NCBI GenBank assembly: GCA_903902515.1
Contig: CAIUVD010000091.1
Location: 8,199-72,198 of the forward strand
Direction of reading: 5' to 3'
Length of the DNA stretch: 64,000 bases
DNA from: an uncultured Planctomycetota bacterium
GTDB taxonomy: Bacteria > Planctomycetota > UBA11346
Part shown: positions 46,766 to 57,490 of the stretch, one piece after another
Position numbering within the stretch: the stretch's first letter is position 1
Layout of the letters: each line of letters opens with the position of its first letter
Program-made: the position numbers and the translations under genes
The notes under the pieces: model-generated
What the model was told of the DNA's origin: nothing
Seen by the model: the letters and a program-made list of their open reading frames with translations, nothing else
Database searches by the model: none

Positions 46766-47938
46766 TTGCGACGGGCGGCCAGCCATAGGGTGCCAACCAT
46801 GGTTGTTCCCCTGCTGTTGACCGCCCTCCTGTCCGCCGCCGATGCGCCGCCAGCCGATGCTGTGGCCCTGGTCGGGGGGGAGCCCATTACCCTTCGCCAG
46901 GTCGAGGACTCCCTGCTCGCCAAGGAGGGCAAGGAAGCCGTCCAGACGTGGGTCGATCAGCACTTGGAACGCATCGATTGGGACCGCCTGGGGGATGAGG
47001 ACCCGGTGCTGACCATCGGCTTCAACAAGATCACCCGCAAGGAATTGGCCACCGCCCTGGCGGCCAAGGGAGCCGGAAAGGTCCGGGACGATCTGATCAA
47101 CATCGCCATCGTCGACCAGGCCCTGAAGAAAGCCGGCGTGGTCGTGCTGCCCGCCCAGGTCCGCGCCACCTGGGAACGGATGGCCCGCAAATTCCAGGAG
47201 GACATGGCGAAGAAGGGCAACACCCAGGTCGATCTGGCCAGCTGGATCAAAACCAAGGAAGGCCTGACCATCGAGCAATTCCAGGCCCAGCCAGGATTCC
47301 GCATGCTCGCCGGCCTCCAGGCCCTGATTCATCTGCGGGCGGCCACCGAATTCAGCGACGAGGTGTTACGGGCGGCCTTCGCCGGACGGCCGGAACGTTA
47401 CCGCGAAGCCGAGGCCGTCGAACTTTCGGCCATCACCATTCCCTTCCGGGGCACCCCCGGCAAAGACGGGCAGACCATCGTCGACCGGGCCGAGCGGGAA
47501 CGCCTCAGCCAGGTCATGGACAGCCTCCACCGCCAGATCAGCAGCGGCCAAGTCAGTTTTGAAAAAACCTTTGAAGTCTTCGGCAAGGGCTGGGATGCCG
47601 GTGCCGGGCCCGGTGGCCGCCTGGGCTGGATCCCCCGGGATGGCCGCCGCCTGGACGGCTCGCCGGTGGCCGAGGAAGTCGTGCGTGCAGCCTGGACTGC
47701 CGACCGCTTCCCGACCCTCTTGCCGCCCCTGATGGATGGCAAGGGCATCACCCTGGCGGTGGTCCATGGCCACCGGCCCCAGCGCGACCCGGATTTCATC
47801 GACGCCAAGGAACGGGTCCGGGCCGACCTCATCGACGAGACCCTGGAACGCCGGACCGACGCCCTGCTCAAGGAACTCAAGGACACCACCCCGGTCGAGT
47901 ACCTCAGCCTGCCCGGGGCCAAGGACGGTCGGCGATGA
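46766..47938 (+). CDS. SurA/PrsA-like periplasmic peptidyl-prolyl isomerase (parvulin domain)
   Basis: Signal peptide; SurA-like N-domain; parvulin-like SFEKTFEVFGKGWDAGAGPGGRLGWIPRDG. Confidence 0.55.
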   Translation: MRRAASHRVPTMVVPLLLTALLSAADAPPADAVALVGGEPITLRQVEDSLLAKEGKEAVQTWVDQHLERIDWDRLGDEDPVLTIGFNKITRKELATALAAKGAGKVRDDLINIAIVDQALKKAGVVVLPAQVRATWERMARKFQEDMAKKGNTQVDLASWIKTKEGLTIEQFQAQPGFRMLAGLQALIHLRAATEFSDEVLRAAFAGRPERYREAEAVELSAITIPFRGTPGKDGQTIVDRAERERLSQVMDSLHRQISSGQVSFEKTFEVFGKGWDAGAGPGGRLGWIPRDGRRLDGSPVAEEVVRAAWTADRFPTLLPPLMDGKGITLAVVHGHRPQRDPDFIDAKERVRADLIDETLERRTDALLKELKDTTPVEYLSLPGAKDGRR

Positions 47939-48450
47939 TGCCCGGCCGCATCACCCTCATCGGCTACCGCGCGGTCGGCAAATCGACCATCGGCCGCCTC
48001 CTCGCCCGGGACTTGGAATTGGCCTTTGAGGATGCGGACCACGTCCTCGAACAGCACCTCGGCAAACCGATCCCGGAGATCTTCGCCCAGCATGGCGAAC
48101 GAACTTTCCGCGACCTGGAAACCACCACCCTCATGAACCTCCTGGCCGGCACCCGACCCCTGGTCCTGGCAACCGGCGGCGGGGCGGTGCTGCGAGAGGT
48201 CAATCGCGCCCTCCTCCGCCGCAGCGGCGGCACCATCATCTATCTGCACGCCCCGGTGGAGGTCCTCCAGGAACGCCTGCGGAGAAACGCCGGCAGCCGG
48301 CCCAGCCTGACGGGGGCCAACGTCGCCGATGAGGTGCCCGGCATCCTCGCCCTGCGGGATCCCCTCTACCGCGAGGTTGCCACCCACCTGGTAGACGTCA
48401 CCGGTGACCAGGCCTCGACCCTGGCGGCGGTCAAAGCGGTCTTGGGATGA
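47935..48450 (+). CDS. aroK: Shikimate kinase
   Basis: ITLIGYRAVGKSTIGRLLA Walker A, 171 aa. Confidence 0.8.
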   Translation: MMPGRITLIGYRAVGKSTIGRLLARDLELAFEDADHVLEQHLGKPIPEIFAQHGERTFRDLETTTLMNLLAGTRPLVLATGGGAVLREVNRALLRRSGGTIIYLHAPVEVLQERLRRNAGSRPSLTGANVADEVPGILALRDPLYREVATHLVDVTGDQASTLAAVKAVLG

Positions 48451-48475
48451 TCGTCCGCGAGGAGCCGGGGCACCG

Positions 48476-49309
48476 TCAACGATGCCGGCTTCGTTCGGCC
48501 TGTCGGCTCCGGTAGGCGGCCACCAGGTCTCGGGCAGGTTTGGCGACATCCTCGAAAAAGGCGCGCAGGGCATCTCGTTCGGGGATACCAGGAACCAGGG
48601 GCTCGCCGGGGGTAGGTGCTCCCCGGGCGATGGACCAATCACCCATGCGGGTGATGTACTCGCGCCGCCGCTCCAGGGGAACCAGGATGGGGGGCTCTCC
48701 CCCCTCGATAACCGGCAGATTGGCCAGGAGCCTGGTCAGGCGGCCATTCCCATCCGCGTAGGGGTGGATCGCCGCGAAGCCCAGGTGGAGATCCGTGTAG
48801 GCGTCCAAGGGATCCCGGTGCTGCTGCCGCAGGGCGTTGAGCTCGGTCAGCCAAGCGGTCATGAGGTGCGGCACGTGGTCAGGCTGGGCGTAGTCATGCC
48901 ATTGCTGGCGGTTGGACGACAGGAGCGCCGTGGTCCCGTTGGGTTCCACCTTCCAGCGACCGAGGGGCGCGAAGGCATCGAACACCCGCTCCGACTGGAT
49001 GCTCAGGTGCAGGGCGTGGAGATCCTCGACGGTCACCGGGCGCCGTTGGTCGATGATGGCATACACGAGGTCGATGGCCCTCGCGTGCCCCATCACCTCC
49101 TGGTGATCCTTGAGGGATTTCCCGCTCACCGTCAGGCCCTCTTGAAGCACGAAGGCCGTATCGCCCAGGGTCAGGGTGTTGCCTTCGATGGCCGTGGAGT
49201 GATGGGTCCACAGGGCCCGCATCTCAGCCGCCAAGCCCTGGCGGAGATCACGGTCCAAGCCGGCAAGGAACGCGATACCAAGGGGCGGTTGGTGGGGGAG
49301 GTCGGTCAT
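48476..49309 (-). CDS. Fic-family protein (AMPylator) with N-terminal inhibitory motif
   Basis: HPYADGNGRLTRLL (HxFx(D/E)GNGRxxR core) and N-terminal STAIEGN ((S/T)xxxE(G/N) inhibitory helix). Confidence 0.8.
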   Translation of the reverse strand: MTDLPHQPPLGIAFLAGLDRDLRQGLAAEMRALWTHHSTAIEGNTLTLGDTAFVLQEGLTVSGKSLKDHQEVMGHARAIDLVYAIIDQRRPVTVEDLHALHLSIQSERVFDAFAPLGRWKVEPNGTTALLSSNRQQWHDYAQPDHVPHLMTAWLTELNALRQQHRDPLDAYTDLHLGFAAIHPYADGNGRLTRLLANLPVIEGGEPPILVPLERRREYITRMGDWSIARGAPTPGEPLVPGIPERDALRAFFEDVAKPARDLVAAYRSRQAERSRHR

Positions 49310-49448
49310 GGGCTTTCGTTCATTTGCCCCTCGTGAAGGCACACGTCATCAGATCCGCGCAGCCAAAGATACGGCTGGGAACTGGCGATCTACGGTGAGG
49401 CGAGCACCGCCAACATCAGGCACGCCACGGGAAAAATGCCAGAACTCC

Positions 49449-51050
49449 TCAGCCCCTGAGCAGCCCCACCAAACCCGTGCGGCGGGCGGCGGTAGCGGCG
49501 ACGCAGGTGGTCAGCACCGCGTCGGTGGCGCTCAGTAGTACCTGACGTTTGGCCCGGGTCAGGGCGGTGTAGAGCAGTTCCCGCACTAACAGGCCACCCT
49601 CGGTTTCCGGCAGCAGGATGCCGACGGTGGCGAATTCGCTGCCCTGGGATTTGTGGACGGTCATGGCCCAGGCCGGTTCCCAGGGCGGGAGGCGCCTCAG
49701 GGCGACGGCCCGCGGGGTGCCGTCGTCGCCGGGGAACCACGCCTGGCGGTGGCCGTCGACCGTGCCGATGATGCCGACATCGCCGTTGGCCAGGCCGGTG
49801 CCCGCGTCATTGGCGGTGATCAGGATCGGCGTGCCGGGATCGCCGGGCTCCAGCCCCAGGCGAGTGGCCAGGGTCCGGTTGAGGCCGATCACGCCCTGGC
49901 GGCCGTTGCGGATCGGCGTCAGCAGGCGGAATTCCGTGAGGGCGGTGAGGGCGGCGGCGGGGGTTGCGGCCTGTACTAAGCGGCGGCCGTGAGCCTCGGC
50001 CTCGGCCAGGAGGTCGGTGACGCTCACCCGGCGGACCTCGGCTTCGGCTGACGTCGGGACCATGCCGCCTTTGACTGCCCGGGCCCACCGGCCGATGCCC
50101 CGATCATCGTGGAACCGGCGGCTGGTGCGCAGGGTCACCACCCGGTCTGCCAGGGCCGGGACCGTTCCCTGCGGAGGGGCGATCAAGCCGAGGGCACGGC
50201 AGGCAGCGGCGAAGGCCGGGCTGACGGTGTCATCGTACTCCTCGCCACGGGCGGCGGCGGCCAGGTCCCCCAGGGCGTAGCCAGCCTCGACGCTCGCCAA
50301 CTGGTGGCGATCCCCCAGCAGCACCACCCGGGCCGTGGGCGGTAAGGCCTCGAAGGCGGCGGCCAGCATGTCCACGTCAATCATCGACACTTCGTCGAGA
50401 ATCAGCAGGTCACAGGCCAGGGGATTCCCGGCGTGGTGGCGCAGGCCACTGCCATCGGGACGTACGCCCAGGTGGCGGTGGAGGGTGGCGGTGCGCCGGG
50501 CCAGGCGGGCCGCCAGATCAGGCGGCAGGCGGCTGGTGGCCAGGCTTTCCCGCAGGCGGGCGGCGGCCTTGCCGGTGGGCGTGGCGAGGAGCACCGCCAA
50601 ATCCGGCTGGCGAGCCAGGAGGGCCTCGACGACCGTCGCCGCCACGGTCGTCTTGCCGGTGCCGGGGCCGCCGGTGATGACCGTTAGGGGATGACGCAGG
50701 GCGGCGACCACGGCCACCGCCTGGTGGTCGAGGGCCGAGGCGGCCCCCGGGAAACGGGCCCGGACCAGGGCGCCGTCGTCATCCGTCAGATCCGTCGGCG
50801 GGCGGGCCACCAGGGCGGTGATCCGACGGGCCAGGCGGGCCTCGGCCCGGGCGTGGCGGCCGAGGGCGATCCCCGCCCCGTCCGCCGCCAGGACGGTACC
50901 GATGGCCCCGGCGAAACGGTTCGGGGCAAGGTCCGCCCGGCAATGACCGGCGGCCACCGCTTCGAGCAAGGCGGCGACGGCGGCGGTATCCGTGACGCCG
51001 TGACGACGGCGCAGGTGGTCGGCGACCAGGGTTGTCAGGGCATCAGCCAT
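49449..51050 (-). CDS. recD: Exodeoxyribonuclease V alpha subunit (RecD)
   Basis: GGPGTGKTTV Walker A, LILDEVSMID Walker B. Confidence 0.85.
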   Translation of the reverse strand: MADALTTLVADHLRRRHGVTDTAAVAALLEAVAAGHCRADLAPNRFAGAIGTVLAADGAGIALGRHARAEARLARRITALVARPPTDLTDDDGALVRARFPGAASALDHQAVAVVAALRHPLTVITGGPGTGKTTVAATVVEALLARQPDLAVLLATPTGKAAARLRESLATSRLPPDLAARLARRTATLHRHLGVRPDGSGLRHHAGNPLACDLLILDEVSMIDVDMLAAAFEALPPTARVVLLGDRHQLASVEAGYALGDLAAAARGEEYDDTVSPAFAAACRALGLIAPPQGTVPALADRVVTLRTSRRFHDDRGIGRWARAVKGGMVPTSAEAEVRRVSVTDLLAEAEAHGRRLVQAATPAAALTALTEFRLLTPIRNGRQGVIGLNRTLATRLGLEPGDPGTPILITANDAGTGLANGDVGIIGTVDGHRQAWFPGDDGTPRAVALRRLPPWEPAWAMTVHKSQGSEFATVGILLPETEGGLLVRELLYTALTRAKRQVLLSATDAVLTTCVAATAARRTGLVGLLRG

Positions 51051-54000
51051 GGGGATTCCCCAGCAGATCGTCGAGGGCGATGGTCAGGGCGGGATCTGCC
51101 GGGGCGGTCAGCCAGCCGTCGCTGCTGCCGGGGCGCAGGCCCCGGAGGAACGCATAGGCCCAGCCGCCGAGGTGGCGGGCGGGGTCGTAGTCCGCCAGAC
51201 GTTGGCGCAGCAAGCGGTGAAGGGCCACGAGGTAGAGGTGGGCCTGGAGGGTGTAGTGGTGCTCCTCCATCAGGACCTCCAGGGGCCGATCGAGGCGGTT
51301 GGATTTCCAGTCGATGACCCACCAGCGGTCCTGGTGGTCGGCCAGCACCAGGTCGATGGCCCCGACGCAGAAGCCCGCCAGGGAGCCGTGGGGCAGGCGG
51401 GCCAGGCGCCGAGCATAGGTCGCGTGCCCGTGGGCGGCGAAGACCGAGGCCAGCGCCGGGCCGCTCAGGGCCCGGCTGGCGAGGACAAAGCGCAGTTCCG
51501 CCCGGCGGGGCCGCGGGGCGAGGTCGACCACCGGGCCGAGGCCGGGGATGACGCTGGCCGCGAGGTCGGTTTGCAAGGCGATGACCGCTGGGGCCAGGAC
51601 CGGGTCGATGGCGTGGCTGGCCAGGGTTTTGGCCAGCACGGCCTCGGGTTGGGGCGTCGCGAGGTTCCACCGTTCGAGGCACGCATGGAGAGCCGTGCCC
51701 GCCGTGGTGCCCCGGGGAAACTCCGCCAGGATTGGCGTTTCGTGAATGGTCGGTTCGGGCGGTTCGGCGTCGTCGTCCTCGGCCCGGGCGTCGGCGTCGT
51801 GGTCCCGGGTTAGACGGCTGAAACTGGTCTGGTCCTGGGCGGGGGGGACGGCGACCGCCAACGTTTTTGGGGCCTCGGGAGCCGCGACCGCCGGGGCTTC
51901 GTAGACGACTTCATCGGCCTCGGGAAGGCGGTCCTCCGCCAAGCCCGATCGCAGGCGAGGCTCGGCCATCCACGCACCCCACACCGCTTGGTCGTCCGGG
52001 CGCAGCAGCCAGCCGAGGGCGCTGTCGGGCTTGCTGAGTTTGAACTTGGCGGCCAGGGCCAGGCACAGGTGCTCGGCCCGGGTCAGGGCGACGTAGACGA
52101 GGCGGGTCTGTTCGGCAATGGCCGCCCGACGGCCTTCGGCCCGGGCCAGGTCGTCGGGCTCCAGGTCGAGGATCGCCCCATCGGCGTGGCGCTGCAGGCA
52201 CCAGGGCTGGTCGTCTTTCTTGGGCGGCTCCGAGAGGTACGGGCAGATCACGACCTTCCACTGCAGGCCCTTGGAACCGTGGACGGTCATGATCTGGAGC
52301 GCCTTGGCGTCGCCCTCCAGGCGCCGCTGGCGTTCGTCGTGGCCCTCCTCGTCGGCGGCCCCGCCGGCCAGCCAGCGGACCACCGCCGCCGAATCGGCGC
52401 CGTCCTCGAAGCGGGCCTGGGCGAGTTCCCCGAGGTGGCGGAAATCCGTCAGGCGGCGGGCGGCATCCGGGCGAGCACGCAGGCGCTCGGCCCGCACCAC
52501 CAGGCGGTCGAGGACCGGGAAGGGACCCCGGCGCACCAGCAGGCGGCCAAGGTCCGTCAGGTCCGTGATCACCGCATCCCAGGCGGCGGGATCATCTTCC
52601 AAGGCCCGAATCTCGGCCGCCGTGGCCCCCCACAGGCGGGTCGCCAGGGCCGCGCGGACGCCCTCAACGCGGCGCGGGGCGAGGGTCGCGGCCAAGGCCA
52701 GGGCCAAGTCCTCGGCCTCGTCGCCGGTCAGCACATCGCCGCTGCGGGCGATCACCGCCGGCAGGCCCCGGGCGATGCACGCCTCGTGGATCAACTGGGC
52801 CTGGGAATTGGTGGCCACCAGCACGGCGATGTCGCCGGGGGCCAGGGGTCGCTCGACGCCGTCCTCGATCAATCGCGGGGCGTCATGCTGCAACAGGTGG
52901 ACCAGGCGGGTGGCAACCCGGTCGGGATACCCGCCCTTGGCGAGATCGGGTTCGGTCCACCAGCCGAGGCGTGGGCCGTGCCAGCCGATCAGGGCCGACC
53001 CCTGGGCGCCGGCGGCCACCGGGTGGAAGTCGGGTTCGTCGGTGACGAACACCGGCGACGGCGCGGCGGCGAACAGGGCGTTGACCTCCGCCAGCAGGGG
53101 CGCCTCGCTGCGGTAGTTGGTACCGAGGGTGAACCGCTGGGCCGGGGGCACGGCGTGGGCGGCAGCGGTGTAGGTGGCGCTGTCGCCGCCCCGGAAGCCG
53201 TAGATCGCCTGCTTGGGATCGCCAACCAGGATCAGGCGGTGGTCGGGGCTGGTGCCGAAGGCGGTGTGGAAGATCCGCCACTGCACCGGGTCCGTGTCTT
53301 GGAACTCGTCGATCAGCACCACCCGGGCCCGGGCGCGCAGGCGCACCGCCAGGGGCGCGTCGGCATCGGGCAGGGCTTCGCCGAGTTGGCGCAGGAGGTC
53401 ATCGGTGGATCGCGACAAAGCCGCCGCCTTGGCCTCGGCCAGGGCCTTCGGGAGAGCGGCCAGAAGATCCGTCTGCCAAGCCCGGCGCAGGCCGGCGAAG
53501 GCCTCCAGGGCTTGCTGGGCAGCGGCCACCAGGGGCAGGGCCAGGACGACGGCTCGGGCCGCTTTTTCGGGATTCGACTTCTTGCCCAGCACGCCATCCA
53601 GGCCCGCCAGATCGGCCAACAGGGCAATCAACGGCCCGGTGATGTGGTGGGGATCCAGGACGCCGAGGGCGGTGGCCCGGCCCTCGGGAGTCGTCAGCCA
53701 AGCCGCCGCCTTCTTGGTCCACACACAGGGGGCGGTGGCGGCCAGGAAGGCCTCCACATCCCAGGCGGCCACGACCCGGGCGAGGGCCGCCGCCGCGGCG
53801 GCCTCGGCCTCGGGCAAGCCCAGGCCGCCCCGCAGGACGGTGCCGGGGAAGCGATCGAAGGCCTGCCACAGGGCGCGATCGTCCTCCAGGGTCCAGCCCC
53901 CGGCGGCGGCCACGGGGGCCAGCCACGGCGACTCGGCCAGCACCGTGCGCCAACGGTCCCGCAGGGCGGCGTCGATCAGATCGACGGTGTCGGTGATCAG

Positions 54001-54408
54001 GGTGGTGGCGAAGGGCTGGCGGCTTTCAAAGGCCGCATCTTCCAGGGTCCGCTTGGCGAAGGCGTGGATGGTGGTGACGCCCAGGAGATCAGCCTCGCGC
54101 AGGGCCTGGGCCAGGCGTTCCCGAGCCTGGTCGGGCGTCAGCCCAGCGGCGGCCATGAGCGCCGCCCAGGGCTGGGCCTCGGGCTGGTCATGGGCCTCAC
54201 GGATGGCCCCCCGGATCCGTTCCGCCAGTTCGGCGGTGGCCGCCCGGGTGAAGGTCACGACCAACAGGTCGCCCATCGCCACGTCACCCGCCAGCAACAG
54301 GCGCACTGCCAGGCGGCTGATGGTGTAGGTCTTGCCGGTACCGGCGCTGGCTTCGAGCAGCGTCAGACCCGACGGCAGGGGCGAGGCAACAAGGTCAAAG
54401 GGCCTCAT
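51043..54408 (-). CDS. recB: Exodeoxyribonuclease V beta subunit (RecB; UvrD-like helicase + C-terminal PD-(D/E)xK nuclease)
   Basis: LEASAGTGKTYTI, about 1120 aa; start at MRPFDLVASPL. Confidence 0.85.
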   Translation of the reverse strand: MRPFDLVASPLPSGLTLLEASAGTGKTYTISRLAVRLLLAGDVAMGDLLVVTFTRAATAELAERIRGAIREAHDQPEAQPWAALMAAAGLTPDQARERLAQALREADLLGVTTIHAFAKRTLEDAAFESRQPFATTLITDTVDLIDAALRDRWRTVLAESPWLAPVAAAGGWTLEDDRALWQAFDRFPGTVLRGGLGLPEAEAAAAAALARVVAAWDVEAFLAATAPCVWTKKAAAWLTTPEGRATALGVLDPHHITGPLIALLADLAGLDGVLGKKSNPEKAARAVVLALPLVAAAQQALEAFAGLRRAWQTDLLAALPKALAEAKAAALSRSTDDLLRQLGEALPDADAPLAVRLRARARVVLIDEFQDTDPVQWRIFHTAFGTSPDHRLILVGDPKQAIYGFRGGDSATYTAAAHAVPPAQRFTLGTNYRSEAPLLAEVNALFAAAPSPVFVTDEPDFHPVAAGAQGSALIGWHGPRLGWWTEPDLAKGGYPDRVATRLVHLLQHDAPRLIEDGVERPLAPGDIAVLVATNSQAQLIHEACIARGLPAVIARSGDVLTGDEAEDLALALAATLAPRRVEGVRAALATRLWGATAAEIRALEDDPAAWDAVITDLTDLGRLLVRRGPFPVLDRLVVRAERLRARPDAARRLTDFRHLGELAQARFEDGADSAAVVRWLAGGAADEEGHDERQRRLEGDAKALQIMTVHGSKGLQWKVVICPYLSEPPKKDDQPWCLQRHADGAILDLEPDDLARAEGRRAAIAEQTRLVYVALTRAEHLCLALAAKFKLSKPDSALGWLLRPDDQAVWGAWMAEPRLRSGLAEDRLPEADEVVYEAPAVAAPEAPKTLAVAVPPAQDQTSFSRLTRDHDADARAEDDDAEPPEPTIHETPILAEFPRGTTAGTALHACLERWNLATPQPEAVLAKTLASHAIDPVLAPAVIALQTDLAASVIPGLGPVVDLAPRPRRAELRFVLASRALSGPALASVFAAHGHATYARRLARLPHGSLAGFCVGAIDLVLADHQDRWWVIDWKSNRLDRPLEVLMEEHHYTLQAHLYLVALHRLLRQRLADYDPARHLGGWAYAFLRGLRPGSSDGWLTAPADPALTIALDDLLGNPHG

Positions 54409-57400
54409 GGCGTATCGGCCCCAAGGTACGGGGCCCACACCAGAATGGCGAGGTCGAGGGCGTCCGCCGTGATCGTCGGGAGATCCCGCCAGGCGAGGCG
54501 TTGCCAGCGATCCCGGGCGTCGTCTTCGACCAGTTCTGCCGAGGCCACCACCTCGTCCTCATCGGCTTTTTCCAAGGCTTTGACCAGGGCCCGGCTGGTG
54601 GCGGGCCAGAAGGGCAGGGGCTGGCGGCGGGCCTGGTGGGCCGCGGCGATCAGGGGCGCAAGATGGAACCACGGATCCGCCAGGGGCGGCAGCTCTCGCT
54701 GGGCGTCGCGCCATTGGCAGCGGGTAGTCCCCGGGCCATCGCCGTGGGCCTGGCACCAGGCATTCCACGCTAAGTGGGTCAGCCACGCCCGCAGGTCGTC
54801 CTTAGGCTTCACCTTGGCGAAGCGGGCGACGAGTTGCCCCCGGGCTTCCGGGGCCGGGAAAGCCACCGCCAGACGCTCGCCGCCGGGGCCGATCAGTACG
54901 CCCCGGCGTGGGGCACCGCTGGGCAGGGGCCCGCAACGGTGGGCGAAGGCGGTGACCTCCTGTTCCAGGCTGGCCCAGGTGGCGGTGCCCAGGCCACCGG
55001 GGGGCAGGCGCCCATCGGCCCGCAGGCGGTGGGCGTCCAGGCCGCCGCCGGAGCGGATCTCCGTCAGGGCCTCGCCCCCGAGGATGACCGTGGTGAAGGG
55101 CGTCAGGGCCAGGGCGTCATCGTCCTCGGCAGAATCCGCGTCCTCGGCATCGGGCAGGCGGATACCGAGGGCCGTCAGCCAGGCCTTGGCCGGATTGACC
55201 AGGGTCGCGATCAGGGCCTCCAGGGTCAGGTCCTCGGCCGGGGGCGGCACCGTCAGGGGACTGGCGAATGGCGCGGGAGTCTGGGGCGGGGCCACCAGGC
55301 CCGGGGGCTGGACCGGGTGGGTCGTGAGCAGGGCCTCGGCCTGGTGGACGGTGCGGGCCAGGACCGCCCGCAGGGCATCGACGCATACCGAGGCCGGGCG
55401 GTCCTCGCCGCTGCGGGGATCCTTGCCGGTCCAAATCACCGCCAGGCGGTCGCGGGCGGCCAGTACCGCATCGAGGAATAACTGGCGGTCGTCATCCCGG
55501 GGGGCGCGGTCGGCGGGTTCCGGATGCGTAGCGATCAGGTCGAAGGCCACCGGCCGGTCCCGGCGGGGGAAGTTGGCATCGTCGAGGCCCACCAGCACGA
55601 CCACTCGGCGCGGCAGCGCAGCCAGAGGCTTCAGTCCGCCGACGGCGATCCGGGTGCCGCGCCAGGGCTGGCCGCGTCCGGCCTCGTCGAGGTCCGCCGC
55701 CAGGGCATCGGCCAGGGCCGCCAGGGGCCATGGACGATCGTCCGGGGCCAGGGCCAGGCGAGTCAGGGCCTCGGCGGTGGGCGCGCGGTTGAGGCTGCGG
55801 TGACTGAACAGGCGGTCGAGGAGGGTCGTGAGGCGGGCCGCCCAGACCTGGCGGGGGGCCTCGTCGGCGGCTTGCTCGGCGCCGTCCAACAGGCGGTGGA
55901 TCCAGGCCAGCACCTCGGCCACGGCGGGCACCCCGGCGCAACCATCGGCGGGCCACAGCAGACCGTCACGCCCCTCCACCGGGGCGGTGTCGCCCGTCAG
56001 CCACCCGGCGATCAGGCGATCCAGGCCATGGCGCCAGGTGCCCTCGGCATGGGGCGGCAGACCGCAACGAGCGCGGTGGGCGGCGTCCAGGCCGAAGCGG
56101 ATGCCCGCCCGGTGGATCAGGTCCGTGACCCGTTCGATGGTCGTGGCATCGGCCCCGGTGGCAGTGAGCACCGCTTCGTGGGCCAGGAGAGCCAGGACCT
56201 CGGAGCGGGGCAGGCGACCCCCGATCACCGACACCACCGCCAGGAAGGCCTGGGCCACGGGATCGGTGGCGGCCAGGGGCCGGTCCACCAGGGCCACCGG
56301 CAAGCCCGGGGTGCCGCCGGGCACGGGGCGGGCGAACACCGTGTCGATCAGGGGGGCATAGGTCGGCAGGTCCGGGGTCAGGATGCTGACGTCCTCGGGC
56401 CGGAGGGTGGGGAAGTCGGCAAACGCCTGCAGGATCACGTCGCGGGCGATTTCGACCTCCCGCAGGGCGCTGGCCGCCCGGTGGAGGGTCAGGGAGCGGT
56501 CCGCATCATCCCGGGGCCGCGGGTCTTCGGGCATCTCCAGGTTGGCAATGTCGTGGTGCAGGGCGGTGAGGACCGAGGTCGGTTCCTCCAGGGGCACGAT
56601 CGTGAGGGGCGCCCAGGCCTGGCCGTCGGCATCGACCTCCTGCAGGAGCTTGAACCACGCCCGCCCCTGAACGCCCAGATCCGCCAACAGGGGATGGCCG
56701 TCCTGGGCATCGTCACCCCGCCGCAGGTGGTCCCAGGCGTGGGGCGTGGGTTGGGTCACCCACAGGGTCACGTCGGTGTGGTCGCCCAGGGCCTTTAACA
56801 GGTGGGTGAGGGGCCGGGACAAGCCCGTGACGCCGATGGCATCCAGGCGCGGCGGGAGGTCCCGGGGCGGGGTGCCGGCGGTCAGGGCCGCCATCAGGGC
56901 CTCCAGACGCTGGCCCGCATGGGGCATCGGCTCCTCGGCCCGCAGGGCTCGCCATAGGGCCGCCTGCCACGGCTCATGGGGATCGTCGAGCAGGAGTTCC
57001 TGCCGCTCCCAGGCCGCCAGCAGGTGGGGCCGGGACATCTGGTAGGTGTCCATGGCGTCCGCCAGGCGGTCGAGGAATTGCAGGCGGGCCCGGGCGCCCC
57101 CAGCCGCCAGCCAGGCGGTGGGCGTGGCAAAACGCGGATCCGCCCCATGGACCGACAACAGCCGGTCGAGGCGCCAGCGCAGGACCTCCCGGGCCCAGGG
57201 ATCCTCGTCCTGGGCCAAGGCCCCGCCCAGGCGCATCAACAGGCGCCGGGGCGTCAGCCAGTCGATGCCCGCACTGATGCCCGTGACCTGGGCCCGGCGG
57301 GCCTCCAGCCAGCCGGCCAAGGACCGCGACTGGATCAGCACCGGCTCATCGGCCAACGGATCCGCCTGGGGACCCCGCAGACGGATCCACAGGTCGGCCA

Positions 57401-57437
57401 GGACATCCAGGCGATGATGAACGCGGATCGCAAACAC
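54405..57437 (-). CDS. recC: Exodeoxyribonuclease V gamma subunit (RecC)
   Basis: N-term MFAIRVHHRLDVLADLW...VLIQSRSLAGWL parallels E. coli RecC MLRVYHSNRLDVL...ILVQS; 1010 aa. Confidence 0.8.
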   Translation of the reverse strand: MFAIRVHHRLDVLADLWIRLRGPQADPLADEPVLIQSRSLAGWLEARRAQVTGISAGIDWLTPRRLLMRLGGALAQDEDPWAREVLRWRLDRLLSVHGADPRFATPTAWLAAGGARARLQFLDRLADAMDTYQMSRPHLLAAWERQELLLDDPHEPWQAALWRALRAEEPMPHAGQRLEALMAALTAGTPPRDLPPRLDAIGVTGLSRPLTHLLKALGDHTDVTLWVTQPTPHAWDHLRRGDDAQDGHPLLADLGVQGRAWFKLLQEVDADGQAWAPLTIVPLEEPTSVLTALHHDIANLEMPEDPRPRDDADRSLTLHRAASALREVEIARDVILQAFADFPTLRPEDVSILTPDLPTYAPLIDTVFARPVPGGTPGLPVALVDRPLAATDPVAQAFLAVVSVIGGRLPRSEVLALLAHEAVLTATGADATTIERVTDLIHRAGIRFGLDAAHRARCGLPPHAEGTWRHGLDRLIAGWLTGDTAPVEGRDGLLWPADGCAGVPAVAEVLAWIHRLLDGAEQAADEAPRQVWAARLTTLLDRLFSHRSLNRAPTAEALTRLALAPDDRPWPLAALADALAADLDEAGRGQPWRGTRIAVGGLKPLAALPRRVVVLVGLDDANFPRRDRPVAFDLIATHPEPADRAPRDDDRQLFLDAVLAARDRLAVIWTGKDPRSGEDRPASVCVDALRAVLARTVHQAEALLTTHPVQPPGLVAPPQTPAPFASPLTVPPPAEDLTLEALIATLVNPAKAWLTALGIRLPDAEDADSAEDDDALALTPFTTVILGGEALTEIRSGGGLDAHRLRADGRLPPGGLGTATWASLEQEVTAFAHRCGPLPSGAPRRGVLIGPGGERLAVAFPAPEARGQLVARFAKVKPKDDLRAWLTHLAWNAWCQAHGDGPGTTRCQWRDAQRELPPLADPWFHLAPLIAAAHQARRQPLPFWPATSRALVKALEKADEDEVVASAELVEDDARDRWQRLAWRDLPTITADALDLAILVWAPYLGADTP

Positions 57438-57490
57438 GGTGGGGGCATCCTGGCCCTCGCATGGGCCGTCAATCGCAGGACCATCCCGCT

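Noticed and set aside
51988-55803. 1271-aa plus-strand ORF across recB/recC
   Set aside because: Antisense to recB and recC, low-complexity Arg/Ala/Gly-rich translation; high-GC artefact.
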